Positions 7,277-16,888 of a stretch of 64,000 bases of DNA are shown here, piece by piece. Source of the stretch: an uncultured Candidatus Saccharibacteria bacterium (GTDB taxonomy: Bacteria; Patescibacteriota; Minisyncoccia; Phycocordibacterales; SW-6-46-9). Numbering within the stretch: position 1 is the stretch's first letter; each line of letters opens with the position of its first letter. The translations under genes and the position numbers were made by a program. The notes beneath the pieces are model-generated. The model was given only the letters and a program-made list of their open reading frames with translations. It did no database searches and had not been told where the DNA came from. The DNA is taken from NCBI GenBank assembly GCA_964534365.1, contig CAZHOI010000001.1, forward strand, positions 188,171 to 252,170. The letters are read 5' to 3'.

Positions 7277-9514
7277 TTAATCGAAAAAATCGTCGTCGGA
7301 AATATCAGATTCGCTAGCTTCAGTTGATAGATCACTGCCGTCATCAGTGCGGATATAGACCACTGATGGTCCGCAGCTGGTTGCTTCAGTACCAACAGCA
7401 GTTTGAGTTACAACAGCACTGTAATTGGAATCAATACAACCAAAGAAATCTGGATTAGGTAGTGGTAATTGCACTAGGAATTCGCTGTTAGCTGCATTAC
7501 ATGTTGCCTGAACTCCTGTATTAGTACTGACAAAATCACGCAATTCTTGCACCGCATCACTGGCACAAAAATTGTTGAAACTACCCTCATTATCGCGATA
7601 AACCGATGCATCACTGCCTAACAAACGCAGACGATCCATAATTACCACCTCTTCACCAGGACCTAATTGTTGCAAAATGGAAATAATTTCATCTGATGGA
7701 ACCACGTTTGGTGGAGCAGTTATGGCTGATCCTGTGTAATCGTAATCAAACGAAATATTGATATTGCTGGCTCCAGATTGGTGAATTAATTGTGCGTCAA
7801 CCTCTTGAATCAGTCGTGTATTTCGGTCGATTTGCGCCTGTCCTTCAACTGATAACAAACCACTATAATCAAACATATCATTAAAGAAAGCGGTGTTTTG
7901 CGGGATGCGCGAGTTAAAACTATCAACATCAAAACTAAAATCAAACATATCCACTGCACCACTGGCACCATCTATGGTATTTTTATATTCAAATTGTAAA
8001 ACATCACTGTTATAAAGGTCGGTTAAAGAACTGGATACAGCGTTTACCACATCAGATAAATTAGTAGGGGGATTTCCTGACAATAGCGACAGCACTGACG
8101 ACACGTCACCGTCGCCCTTGATTTCGAACCATTCATTGGGGACCTGATCCAGTGGACTTACGTTTGGTAGTTCCCTGAATTTGGCAAATGACCGGCTGCC
8201 ATCATAGGCAAAGTCCAGCGTAATCTCGCCTAAACTAGCACTAAACCCATTTTTATTTGATTGAGTGTTTACCAAACCCCTTACATTGATTGGCAATGTA
8301 GTAGAATTGGCAACCGCTGCAACGGCCGGCGGGGTGTCGGCAGTAGGATTATTAATATTAAGCGGCAATTCACCTGAGGCAGCATATGAAACATATTGCA
8401 CCGTATCAAATGCACTTATGATTTGGTCCGGGGAATAATCAGGGGTAGTACCAATTAATCGCGGTAGAAAAGTTGCGGCGGCAGCGGCGAGGGCAACCAG
8501 AAGCAATATAGCAATCACCAGAATAGTTATTTTTTTATTTTTTGATTTATCGGTCGATTGTGATTGAAGTTTAGCTTTAGGATTGGCATTTAAAGACTGA
8601 CGGGGCAATCTAGCAGATTGTTTCATCGTATTACCTTTAACCGATGGTCGGTAAACTAAACCTGAGTTTTCGGTTTGAGTCGGTTTATTTTGCTCAGGTT
8701 GAATACGCATTTGGTCATTTGATTCACGACTATCAGACAAAGCTCGCTTCTTATCCGCAGAGGCCGCAGAGACCAATTTATTTGGTGATTGACCAGGCTC
8801 TTCCCCTTTGCCTAACGAACTATTGTCATCAGTCGATTTATTTAACTGCCAATCAGCTGCGCGGCGATATTTGATATTACTGGCTGATTTAGGTTCAGCA
8901 GTATTAGGTGATCCTAATACATCAATAGGAGTTGCGGCAGCAGAACGCTGGACAGGACTCGTATTAAATTGCTCTGGCTGTTTTCCCTGCTCTGTTGCGG
9001 GGGCTTGATTGGTTCGATTAGTTTGGGACTTATTATCTCTGTTTTGATTTAATCCTTCTACCCTAGTTACTGAATCAGTATTATTGCCAGTATCATTTAG
9101 AGTAATATTATCCCCTTGATTAATAGTAGATTGTTGTAGCTTTTGCCTGAGTTGTTGCAGATTTTCAGCTGCATTGGATCCAGTACTTGATTGGACCCCG
9201 GACTGTGTCGCATTACTTTTATCATTGCTATCGGGACCACTAGTGTCGGCGGTCGAGTCATCAGCAGATTTTTTATTCCCTGTAGCCGAATTATCTGAAT
9301 TATCACCAACTTCAGCTGAACCAGTTCTGGATTGATCAGAGGCCAGATTATCTGAGGTGTCATTTTCGCTAGCAACGGTATCAACCACTCCAAACGCTTC
9401 ATTAATATCATCACCGGTCCAACCGGCTTGCAGCAGGGTCATTTTTATCGAATTTTTATCCACTCCGCGGTTTTTTTGATATTCAACGTAGCGCAATAAT
9501 TCTTCGGTAACCAT
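7277..9514 (-). CDS. Membrane-anchored protein: small cytoplasmic N-domain, low-complexity S/T/N/Q linker, one TM helix, large extracytoplasmic domain
   Basis: 745-aa ORF; TM segment ITILVIAILLLVALAAAAATFLP; acidic C-terminus. Confidence 0.6.
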   Translation of the reverse strand: MVTEELLRYVEYQKNRGVDKNSIKMTLLQAGWTGDDINEAFGVVDTVASENDTSDNLASDQSRTGSAEVGDNSDNSATGNKKSADDSTADTSGPDSNDKSNATQSGVQSSTGSNAAENLQQLRQKLQQSTINQGDNITLNDTGNNTDSVTRVEGLNQNRDNKSQTNRTNQAPATEQGKQPEQFNTSPVQRSAAATPIDVLGSPNTAEPKSASNIKYRRAADWQLNKSTDDNSSLGKGEEPGQSPNKLVSAASADKKRALSDSRESNDQMRIQPEQNKPTQTENSGLVYRPSVKGNTMKQSARLPRQSLNANPKAKLQSQSTDKSKNKKITILVIAILLLVALAAAAATFLPRLIGTTPDYSPDQIISAFDTVQYVSYAASGELPLNINNPTADTPPAVAAVANSTTLPINVRGLVNTQSNKNGFSASLGEITLDFAYDGSRSFAKFRELPNVSPLDQVPNEWFEIKGDGDVSSVLSLLSGNPPTNLSDVVNAVSSSLTDLYNSDVLQFEYKNTIDGASGAVDMFDFSFDVDSFNSRIPQNTAFFNDMFDYSGLLSVEGQAQIDRNTRLIQEVDAQLIHQSGASNINISFDYDYTGSAITAPPNVVPSDEIISILQQLGPGEEVVIMDRLRLLGSDASVYRDNEGSFNNFCASDAVQELRDFVSTNTGVQATCNAANSEFLVQLPLPNPDFFGCIDSNYSAVVTQTAVGTEATSCGPSVVYIRTDDGSDLSTEASESDISDDDFFD

Positions 9515-9634
9515 AGACTTATTGTAACAGCTTTAAATTAACATCTATTAGAATGTCAACATTTTATTACCGTGTCCAAACTATGGATTTTAATTCAGAA
9601 CATTTTATAATCTGATTGGACCAACCACAGACTC

Positions 9635-9943
9635 ATGTACTACCAAGGATCAGTAGAAGCTGTAATTGCAGCGTATCAAAAAGCCTTTCCACATGTCGAG
9701 CCCAAATTTATTGATCTAGACGAAATTGACCTAACCAAACCAGTCGATCCATCATATGTGCTATGGATGTGTCAGAAAATTAAACATGAAAAGCCAAATT
9801 CTTATGAAAGTGCTGTCAAAATGGGACGTTGGATTGGTTGGATCTTTCGAGAAGTAGAACTTCGCGGCTTATGGCCAAACAGTTACAGCCGAGATCTCTC
9901 AAGAGCTGACAAACAAGCAGGTCGAGATCTACCTCATCAATAA
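9635..9943 (+). CDS. Hypothetical protein
   Basis: 102-aa ORF followed by a hairpin terminator. Confidence 0.45.
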   Translation: MYYQGSVEAVIAAYQKAFPHVEPKFIDLDEIDLTKPVDPSYVLWMCQKIKHEKPNSYESAVKMGRWIGWIFREVELRGLWPNSYSRDLSRADKQAGRDLPHQ

Positions 9944-9955
9944 CCGTACTCCCTA

Positions 9956-9989
9956 GGCACGCTTTAATCAGCGTGCCGATTTCTTTATA
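9956..9989 (+). terminator. Putative rho-independent terminator
   Basis: GGCACGC-TTTAATCA-GCGTGCC followed by a T-rich tract. Confidence 0.45.
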
Positions 9990-9999
9990 ATCCTATTAT

Positions 10000-10536
10000 A
10001 TGAAAGCACTATTTATAAGGCATGGCGAAAGTGAATTTAATAAAAAAGGTTTCATGACTGGAATTACTGATGTAGGTTTAACCAAAAAAGGTTTTCAACA
10101 AGCAAAGCAGGTAGCAGAAAAACTACACGATAGTAATTTTGATCAAATTATTTGCTCGCCGTTATTACGAGCTCGACAAACCGCCAAACCTCTGGCAGAG
10201 ATAAGCCGCCTTAAACCGATCTTGTGGGAAGAGCTTTATGAAGTTAATTACGGTCAATGCCAAGGCGCACCAAAAGAATATGATCTCAGCAGTTTAGAAA
10301 TGATCGCGCAGAAATTGTGCCCCGGATCAGAAACTTTAGCGGAATTAGAATCGAGGGCCGGTATTGTTGTTGCAAAATTAAAAAGCTTAAAGTCCGATAA
10401 AGTTGTAATAGTTGGTCACCGCACATTTACCTCGATTATATTTGCGGTGCATAAAGGATTAGATCGATCTGAATTTGCTGAATTCAGAAAAGGATGGGAG
10501 TTTAAGAATGGGGAAATTAAGGTTTTAATAGTATAA
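10000..10536 (+). CDS. Histidine phosphatase family protein (phosphoglycerate mutase-like)
   Basis: N-terminal RHGES motif; LLRARQT. Confidence 0.8.
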   Translation: MKALFIRHGESEFNKKGFMTGITDVGLTKKGFQQAKQVAEKLHDSNFDQIICSPLLRARQTAKPLAEISRLKPILWEELYEVNYGQCQGAPKEYDLSSLEMIAQKLCPGSETLAELESRAGIVVAKLKSLKSDKVVIVGHRTFTSIIFAVHKGLDRSEFAEFRKGWEFKNGEIKVLIV

Positions 10537-10540
10537 AAAA

Positions 10541-11086
10541 CTACCGCACATCGTCACGGATTTTTTCGAACTCTTCATCCGTAATCAGAGTTTTTATATC
10601 TGTCATTCGATCTACAAATAATATCCCATCTAAATGATCTAATTCGTGCTGAAATACCCGCGCCCCAACCCCTGATAAACTTGCCTCGACCTGTTGACCA
10701 GATTCATTTATATAACTGACCTCGATTGTATTGGGACGCCTAACTTGACCCCAAAATCCTGGGGCCGACAAGCACCCTTCCCAATCGACCGATGTGTCGT
10801 CCGAGCGCCATCTCATTAACGGATTTAGGCAAATGACTGGTCCTGTAATTGGTCCCAGGGTCTTTTCCTGCCAGTCATTGCGATAGATGTCTGCTAAAAA
10901 TATACGCCAGGCAAGATTAATTTGCGGCGCAGCCAAGCCAATACCATGTTCAGGGATCGAGGATTTGAGGCTGGCAATTAACTCTTGTATCTCTGGGCTG
11001 GATATGTACTCAAGCGGTACAGCAGCTGATTTTTGGCGCAAAGTCGGATGTCCAAATTGGATAATTTTTCGCTGATGATTGGTCAT
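10541..11086 (-). CDS. def: Peptide deformylase
   Basis: Three signature motifs: GIGLAAPQ, EGCLS, QHELDH; start chosen at MTNHQ to avoid overlapping the upstream gene. Confidence 0.85.
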   Translation of the reverse strand: MTNHQRKIIQFGHPTLRQKSAAVPLEYISSPEIQELIASLKSSIPEHGIGLAAPQINLAWRIFLADIYRNDWQEKTLGPITGPVICLNPLMRWRSDDTSVDWEGCLSAPGFWGQVRRPNTIEVSYINESGQQVEASLSGVGARVFQHELDHLDGILFVDRMTDIKTLITDEEFEKIRDDVR

Positions 11087-11087
11087 A

Positions 11088-11615
11088 TTAGCTAGACTTG
11101 GAGGTAGTGGTTGAGGCAATGGTCGAAATAACGATTATGGCCCCAAACATGGTTAGAGCCATAGTAGGAATAGTGACCAGCCCAAATACATTCACCCACA
11201 ATGTATCGCAGCTAGCCGATTGACCAACGCTGCTACAAGTTAATCCCGAGGTTGGCAATCGTTGTTCGATTACGTGATATAGGGAAATTGCAAAACCAAC
11301 AATTGCCAAGGTTTTTGCATAAATTAATGATTTAGGATCTTTGATTGCAATTCCTAAATAAGCAATTAATACAATCGGATACATAAATATTCGCTGATAC
11401 CAGCACAACTGACATGGTTCATATCCAATAATTTCGGAATACCATAGCGATCCAATAGTGGCCGCTAATGAAACTGCCAGAATTAAATAAACTGGAATTA
11501 AATTATTCTCAGAAACTTTATTTTTATACCATCGATTCAAATCAGGAATTAAAGTAAAACCAATAATTGCTAGCCATACCGCAATGGCACCAATACCAAA
11601 AAACAGATCTGTCAT
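11088..11615 (-). CDS. Disulfide bond formation protein B family (BdbC/DsbB-like) membrane thiol oxidoreductase
   Basis: PCQLCWYQRIFMYP closely resembles the Bacillus BdbC PCELCWYQRILMYP motif; four TM segments; second Cys pair CSSVGQSASC. Confidence 0.75.
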   Translation of the reverse strand: MTDLFFGIGAIAVWLAIIGFTLIPDLNRWYKNKVSENNLIPVYLILAVSLAATIGSLWYSEIIGYEPCQLCWYQRIFMYPIVLIAYLGIAIKDPKSLIYAKTLAIVGFAISLYHVIEQRLPTSGLTCSSVGQSASCDTLWVNVFGLVTIPTMALTMFGAIIVISTIASTTTSKSS

Positions 11616-11660
11616 ATTGTTACTATAACTAATTTCGAAGGTTATTTAAATGGCTAAAAC

Positions 11661-11993
11661 CTAATATTCGTCGACGTCTTCGGGTTCGTAATCAATTGCA
11701 TCATCCTCGTCATCATCATCAAATGCCCCTAGGTCCAGGTCGTCTTCATCATCAATATCATCCTCGTCAGCGACAAAATCATCGGATAATTCTTCGTCTA
11801 ATTCCACATCTGCGTCATCAACTTCATCATCAAATGCGTCCTCTAGGTTATTGCTATCACTTTCACTAGTTGCAAATAATTTAGCAGCAAATAACATTGA
11901 CAAATGAATTTGATTGAACAATCTTAAGGCAGTAAAAAAACGATCGTAATTAGTTGTGGTTGAAATGGTATTGACCATAATATTTGACATTAT
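11661..11993 (-). CDS. Hypothetical protein with extreme acidic (D/E) C-terminal tail
   Basis: ORF only; low-complexity composition, may not be expressed. Confidence 0.35.
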   Translation of the reverse strand: MMSNIMVNTISTTTNYDRFFTALRLFNQIHLSMLFAAKLFATSESDSNNLEDAFDDEVDDADVELDEELSDDFVADEDDIDDEDDLDLGAFDDDDEDDAIDYEPEDVDEY

Positions 11994-12043
11994 ATGTTGA
12001 TTACGATTTGTAATATACACTGTTTTGACAAAGGCACAAGCAC

Positions 12044-12829
12044 TTATAATTGTATTAGTCCGGCAACAACTGCCAGAACTCCAAACCCGAATACAAAAAC
12101 ACTAAAATTGGCATCTTTGGCAATTCGCAGTAGCCAACCAATAGTTAAATATCCGACTATGGCAGCAGTAGCTAGAGCCACCACCCCACCGGGCGAGGTG
12201 ATAATTTGTAATCCCTCACCTTGCCACAGTAATAAGGCCGAGCCGATAATCATGATTGGCAGTCCGATTATAAAACTATTCTCAAGGCTAGCAGTTGTTG
12301 AAAACCCACGCCACAATGAAACCGCCGTAGTCGATCCTGATCGTGAGATGCCGGGAATAACTGCTAATCCCTGAGTAATTCCCAGCCATAGACCATCCAT
12401 TTTGCTGACATCGAATCTAGTCCTTATGTCCTGACCAGACCGCTTTAGCAACCAGGCAGTAAACAGCAAAGCGACACCCATAATTATAGTCAGGATTGAA
12501 CCGGCTGAATCACCGGCGGTTATTTGTTTTAACCCTAAATAAATGGGTCCACCTACTACTAGCGACATTGCCGTAGTCACAATTATAAACTGTCGATAAT
12601 TAGTTTTAGATCTGCTAGATTTCATCAGATTCAGTAGCTCATCTTTGAAATACCCGGCAATTGCCAAAGCTGTTCCCAGATGTAACAACAGTGCGGTGTC
12701 AATAATAGTTTGAGGCGATAAGCCCAGTAGTTGCACCCCAATAATCGCCACCATCGCCTCTGAAGAAACCGGCAGCCATTCGGCAATTCCTTGAATTAAA
12801 CCTAATAAAAAACCCTGCCAAACATTCAT
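12044..12829 (-). CDS. uppP: Undecaprenyl-diphosphatase (BacA/UppP)
   Basis: GLIQGIAEWLPVSSEAM and PGISRSGSTT motifs; polytopic membrane protein. Confidence 0.85.
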   Translation of the reverse strand: MNVWQGFLLGLIQGIAEWLPVSSEAMVAIIGVQLLGLSPQTIIDTALLLHLGTALAIAGYFKDELLNLMKSSRSKTNYRQFIIVTTAMSLVVGGPIYLGLKQITAGDSAGSILTIIMGVALLFTAWLLKRSGQDIRTRFDVSKMDGLWLGITQGLAVIPGISRSGSTTAVSLWRGFSTTASLENSFIIGLPIMIIGSALLLWQGEGLQIITSPGGVVALATAAIVGYLTIGWLLRIAKDANFSVFVFGFGVLAVVAGLIQL

Positions 12830-12882
12830 TGCAGGGATAATTATAACAGTTAATGTAGTGTCAAAGGATTGATTATTACCAA

Positions 12883-13119
12883 TTAATCGCGACTAACAAA
12901 TTTATTGAATTTGCTGTCTTCCTCGATGATTAAAGCTAATTTATTTTCTTCAAATAATTCAAAGAAATGCTCCCAATTAATTTCATGGAGCTCGTCTTCG
13001 CTGTCGCCAACATCAAATCGAAGGATGCTGGTATCCTTTTGTCCGTCATTAACTACTGCCGGCGAAGTATCATGGTTTTGTGCCCATTCTTTTATTTTTT
13101 TGTGATCAGTTATTTTCAT
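12883..13119 (-). CDS. Small hypothetical acidic protein
   Basis: 78-aa ORF, 2 bp downstream of the DUF2945 gene. Confidence 0.45.
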   Translation of the reverse strand: MKITDHKKIKEWAQNHDTSPAVVNDGQKDTSILRFDVGDSEDELHEINWEHFFELFEENKLALIIEEDSKFNKFVSRD

Positions 13120-13120
13120 A

Positions 13121-13339
13121 TTATTTTTTATTAACTTCTGAGTGAGATTTTAGCACCCGGTCGCCATCGTCTTGCTTGATTAGATATGCAGGATTATCAC
13201 TGTCGGCTTGACGGGTAACTTCGGTGCCTTTGATGGTTTTAGTCACTTCATCGGTATAAGACTCCTCTATCTGGCCAGAGGCGCTAGCGTTACCCCACGA
13301 CCATTCTACAGTGGTGCCCTGGTTATAAGTTTTCGACAT
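13121..13339 (-). CDS. DUF2945 family small protein (hypervirulence-associated TUDOR-like domain)
   Basis: GTTVEWSWGNASASGQI...NPAYLIKQDDGDRVLK matches the DUF2945 pattern (G..V.W.wG.G...G.I ... P.Y ... G..v.K). Confidence 0.6.
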   Translation of the reverse strand: MSKTYNQGTTVEWSWGNASASGQIEESYTDEVTKTIKGTEVTRQADSDNPAYLIKQDDGDRVLKSHSEVNKK

Positions 13340-13478
13340 AGTTATTTAGATTAAGATAATACTTTCAATATAACTTAAAAACTTAATTTGTACAAATTGT
13401 TATAAATGTAATATAATAGACCATGTAGCTTAATGCAATTTGATACATATGCTATATTATCAACTGTAACAACTATTC

Positions 13479-13721
13479 ATGAAAAATAACGTGAAAAAAG
13501 ATTTAAAATCAACCACTGATGTTAGGGCTAACTTCCAAGATGTAATTGACAATGTGCATTACACCAAGACCCCGCTGATTATTACTAAGCGAAATAAACC
13601 TTGGGCAATCATTTATTCCCTACCAGAAGACGGATCCCTAGATACGATTGAAAAAGTAATGGCCAATAATAAAAAATTTGCTGACAATCAGTTTAATCGA
13701 TCTAGCAAAAATAAAAAGTAA
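13479..13721 (+). CDS. Phd/YefM-family antitoxin-like small protein, orphan (no adjacent toxin)
   Basis: VRANFQDVIDNVHYTKTPLIITKRNKPWAIIYSL matches the Phd/YefM N-terminal pattern; immediately upstream of dps. Confidence 0.6.
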   Translation: MKNNVKKDLKSTTDVRANFQDVIDNVHYTKTPLIITKRNKPWAIIYSLPEDGSLDTIEKVMANNKKFADNQFNRSSKNKK

Positions 13722-13735
13722 TGGAATAAAAAGTA

Positions 13736-14308
13736 ATGGCTCGCTTCCCTAATCATACCGGCATGAATGAAAATGCCGAGGTAGTAGAGCAAATTTTGCA
13801 AACTCAGCTGGCGACGTGTTTTGACCTGTATTCGCAAATTAAACAAGCTCATTGGAATCTGAAGGGTCCAGGATTTATTGGCATTCATCAAATGTTTGAT
13901 AATTTTGCTGAAGAAATTATTAATTTAGTTGACACGATTGCCGAACGAATTGCGGCACTGGGGGGTTATCCCTTGGGTTATTTATCCGCTGCCTCGGCAA
14001 ATTCAGAATTAGACAATCCGGTTGATGACCTGGTTCAAGACCTGGATTGGGTTGCTTTTATTCTGGACCAGCACCATCAGTATTCGACCAAATTATATAA
14101 TGATATTAAATCAGTTGGTCCTCTGGATCCTGCCAGCGAAGACCTATTAATTGAGATTGTGCGATCAATTGATAAAAATATTTACTTTTTATCAGGGCAT
14201 TTAGAAGATGACACCTCAGCCGAGGCATATGAAACTGGGTCTGATGTTGACCAGAACAAAGATGAAGAGACCGAAGTAGTTGATGATGGCGAGGACGCAA
14301 CTATCTAG
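13736..14308 (+). CDS. dps: DNA starvation/stationary-phase protection protein Dps (ferritin-like) with acidic C-terminal tail
   Basis: QIKQAHWNLKGPGFIGIHQMFDNFAEE is the ferroxidase-site region. Confidence 0.85.
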   Translation: MARFPNHTGMNENAEVVEQILQTQLATCFDLYSQIKQAHWNLKGPGFIGIHQMFDNFAEEIINLVDTIAERIAALGGYPLGYLSAASANSELDNPVDDLVQDLDWVAFILDQHHQYSTKLYNDIKSVGPLDPASEDLLIEIVRSIDKNIYFLSGHLEDDTSAEAYETGSDVDQNKDEETEVVDDGEDATI

Positions 14309-14312
14309 TAAC

Positions 14313-14798
14313 TTATAACTGATTATCGTTAGTGAACAAGTTAAGGTATTGTCCATAACCTCTTTCAGCCATTTTATTCGTGGGAATAAACTCGAGGGCG
14401 GCTGAATTTAAACAATAGCGCTGGCCAGTTGGGCTAGCAGTTGATGATTCAGATTCAGTAGTGGGACCATCAGGAAATACGTGACCCAAATGTGAATCGG
14501 CCTGCGACGAGCGCACCTCAATTCTCGCTTGCCACAGACTATTATCCTCTACTTCGATAATATTTACCCCGTCAATTGGTTTAGTAAACGATGGCCAACC
14601 GGTTCCTGATTCATATTTATCAATTGATGAAAATAGTACCTCGCCAGACACAATGTCCACATAAATTCCCTCTTGTTTATTATTCCAATACTGATTAACA
14701 TAGGGCGGCTCAGTTCCGTTTTTTTGAGTAACAAAATATTGCATTTTGGTTAGCTCTTTTTTTAATTGTTCTTTGTCGGGTTTAGAATATTTTTTCAT
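14313..14798 (-). CDS. msrB: Peptide-methionine (R)-S-oxide reductase MsrB
   Basis: [17 protein letters not shown] and RYCLNSAAL motifs. Confidence 0.9.
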   Translation of the reverse strand: MKKYSKPDKEQLKKELTKMQYFVTQKNGTEPPYVNQYWNNKQEGIYVDIVSGEVLFSSIDKYESGTGWPSFTKPIDGVNIIEVEDNSLWQARIEVRSSQADSHLGHVFPDGPTTESESSTASPTGQRYCLNSAALEFIPTNKMAERGYGQYLNLFTNDNQL

Positions 14799-14821
14799 AC
14801 TTTATAGATTGAGATCCCCAA

Positions 14822-16000
14822 TTAACCTTCCGCTCCTACTTCTGAACTTAGATCGCTAACTGCTGCGCCATTTAAAAACAATTGTACTCGATCAACCGCT
14901 TCAAACTGTAAAGCTGTTTCTTCGATCTGAATCTGCGCACGGGGCTCATCGCAAACTCCGGCAATCCCTGACAATTTACCCAGCAAATAAATTTGGGCTT
15001 CGCCATCAATTATAGTAGCTCGATCGAATGAAAGCGTGTCATTAGTATTGGGAATAAAGTGATTCAATTCACCAAGTTTATTATTATCAATTGCAAACAA
15101 CTGCCTTATCGATTCATTTAATGGCTGGGTGGTTGGTAAAATATTTCGCTCGATCAGCTCGACATTGTCACACCCTCGATCAGGTTCAGAATCAGCTGGT
15201 GATAGTAAGGCCAATTTAACCTGGGCCACGGGTTCAAGTTTAGTCACAGTTGGCAGTTCGCGATATGGCTCGATCGATTGGATCAAGTTGATGGCTCGTT
15301 CTTTGTCTGGGCTTGGCAACAAATTGTCATAGGTAATTTTCATGGCAGTACTGTCATCAAGGTTAATAACTGTTATTAACGTAGAATCAGTATTGGCTTT
15401 TAAATAGTTAAACCCATCTCTTCCCAATATGGAAATACTATCAACTTCGCCCTCTGCGTCAGGTGTCAGATTTTGGGCGGTTGCTGCCTCTTCCAATAAA
15501 TTGATTTCTATTCGTAATGATTTATTAGATGATTGATCAGTTATTGTAACTCCATTCTCTGATTGCGTTACGTTAGTTTTAGGAGGTTGAAGGAATGAAA
15601 AACCATATCCGACTAGAAAAACTTCAGAATAGAAACGTTCCCACGAGTCAATATTTAAATTATTTGAAAATTGATTTCTCTTAGCCAAACAGGATTTAGA
15701 AATAGTATCGCCGCCAGATTTAACCACCGCCTCGCCGTCAATTACCCAGAATAAATCTTGGCCGTTATCGGACTCAAATCGCAAGCTATTATTGGTTGAA
15801 ACTTGCTTGAGATCCATCACGACCCCTCCTGGTACAGTTACCGAGGCTTGATTACCTGTAACCACGACCTCCACCTCGACACCGTCACCGCAATCGTATT
15901 TAGCAACAACTGGATCAGGTTTTGGCAATAGCGCCAGAACCGCCATTATTACCACGACTAAAATGCCAATTCCAATTGCTAACAATTTGTAATTTTTCAT
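14822..16000 (-). CDS. Secreted/lipoprotein-like protein with MliC-like N-domain and GerMN-like C-domain (tentative)
   Basis: N-terminal TM/signal; YDCGDG...C pattern resembles MliC; the C-terminus resembles germination/sporulation GerMN domains. Confidence 0.5.
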   Translation of the reverse strand: MKNYKLLAIGIGILVVVIMAVLALLPKPDPVVAKYDCGDGVEVEVVVTGNQASVTVPGGVVMDLKQVSTNNSLRFESDNGQDLFWVIDGEAVVKSGGDTISKSCLAKRNQFSNNLNIDSWERFYSEVFLVGYGFSFLQPPKTNVTQSENGVTITDQSSNKSLRIEINLLEEAATAQNLTPDAEGEVDSISILGRDGFNYLKANTDSTLITVINLDDSTAMKITYDNLLPSPDKERAINLIQSIEPYRELPTVTKLEPVAQVKLALLSPADSEPDRGCDNVELIERNILPTTQPLNESIRQLFAIDNNKLGELNHFIPNTNDTLSFDRATIIDGEAQIYLLGKLSGIAGVCDEPRAQIQIEETALQFEAVDRVQLFLNGAAVSDLSSEVGAEG

Positions 16001-16040
16001 GAGGTAAATACTAACTCAACTTGGTGATAGGTACCAGATT

Positions 16041-16502
16041 TTAGTCGATTGATCTTTTAGGAAGATATGTTGAAGCCATAATCAGAAATATCAGTGTTGT
16101 CGTTAGCGCTGACAGTAAACAGAATTGGCACCAATACTCAATCACAATTGCCTGCAAATAAATCAGATAAATACTGACCACCATTCCTATCGTGACTACA
16201 AACATGATCAGGTGGCGCAAGAAATTTAGTTGTTTATAGGCAAACCAAACCAATAATCCCAGCATTAATAGATAATAAATCAGGCCGTATGCAGCTAGGG
16301 GGATATTAAATAAACTGGCATAAGAGCTGGATAATACATAATTACAACCCCCGGTTAAAGAGCAGCTTACCGCAGTTGTAGAAATCCAATATTTGTAGGT
16401 TAAATAACCAGAATCTATTATCCCTATAATTGACAAAACAATTAGTAATCCTGTTTTATCCCCCCGTAACCATGACATTATCTGCTGATTATAGCAGTTC
16501 AA
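16041..16502 (-). CDS. Vitamin K epoxide reductase (VKOR) family membrane thiol oxidoreductase
   Basis: Loop Cys pair CSLTGGC plus CxxC (CQFCLLSAL) inside a TM helix; 4-5 TM segments. Confidence 0.7.
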   Translation of the reverse strand: MNCYNQQIMSWLRGDKTGLLIVLSIIGIIDSGYLTYKYWISTTAVSCSLTGGCNYVLSSSYASLFNIPLAAYGLIYYLLMLGLLVWFAYKQLNFLRHLIMFVVTIGMVVSIYLIYLQAIVIEYWCQFCLLSALTTTLIFLIMASTYLPKRSID

Positions 16503-16528
16503 TTATTAAAACCAACTAGTCAAGACTA

Positions 16529-16864
16529 TTATTCTTTAGAATAATTATCATTATTTTTTAAAGTTTCTCGTTTCCTTCTAGACCAATCATAACCTGAATC
16601 ACCACCCCACAATAACCAAGACACATATCCATTTGACGGATTTTCATCATCGCCAAAATTATCAGCTTCTTTGTCAACTTCATGTCGCGAGAAATACGCA
16701 TACATGTCTTTTAATTCTTCCAGGGTAAGTTCAGTTTGATTAGCAATTTTTTCGGCCATAGCCATACCCTTGTCTGTTGCTGCATCAGAGTTTTTATTTT
16801 CACGTAAATCCAAACCCTTTTGGGCATTCTGTGCCATGTCTTTTGTTGGTGTTAAATCAGTCAT
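16529..16864 (-). CDS. Hypothetical protein
   Basis: 111-aa ORF; WLLWGGDSGYDW motif. Confidence 0.45.
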   Translation of the reverse strand: MTDLTPTKDMAQNAQKGLDLRENKNSDAATDKGMAMAEKIANQTELTLEELKDMYAYFSRHEVDKEADNFGDDENPSNGYVSWLLWGGDSGYDWSRRKRETLKNNDNYSKE

Positions 16865-16888
16865 AATTTAATTTTACAGATTAATAAG

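Noticed and set aside
7120-7317. ORF-track CDS (65 aa) covering the right end of the integrative element
   Set aside because: It is translated through the 3' half of the disrupted tRNA-Thr (the peptide even reads like a translated tRNA), so it is not a protein gene.
11994-12374. Plus-strand ORF (126 aa) overlapping uppP
   Set aside because: It is antisense to the strongly supported uppP gene and has low-complexity Thr/Pro composition.
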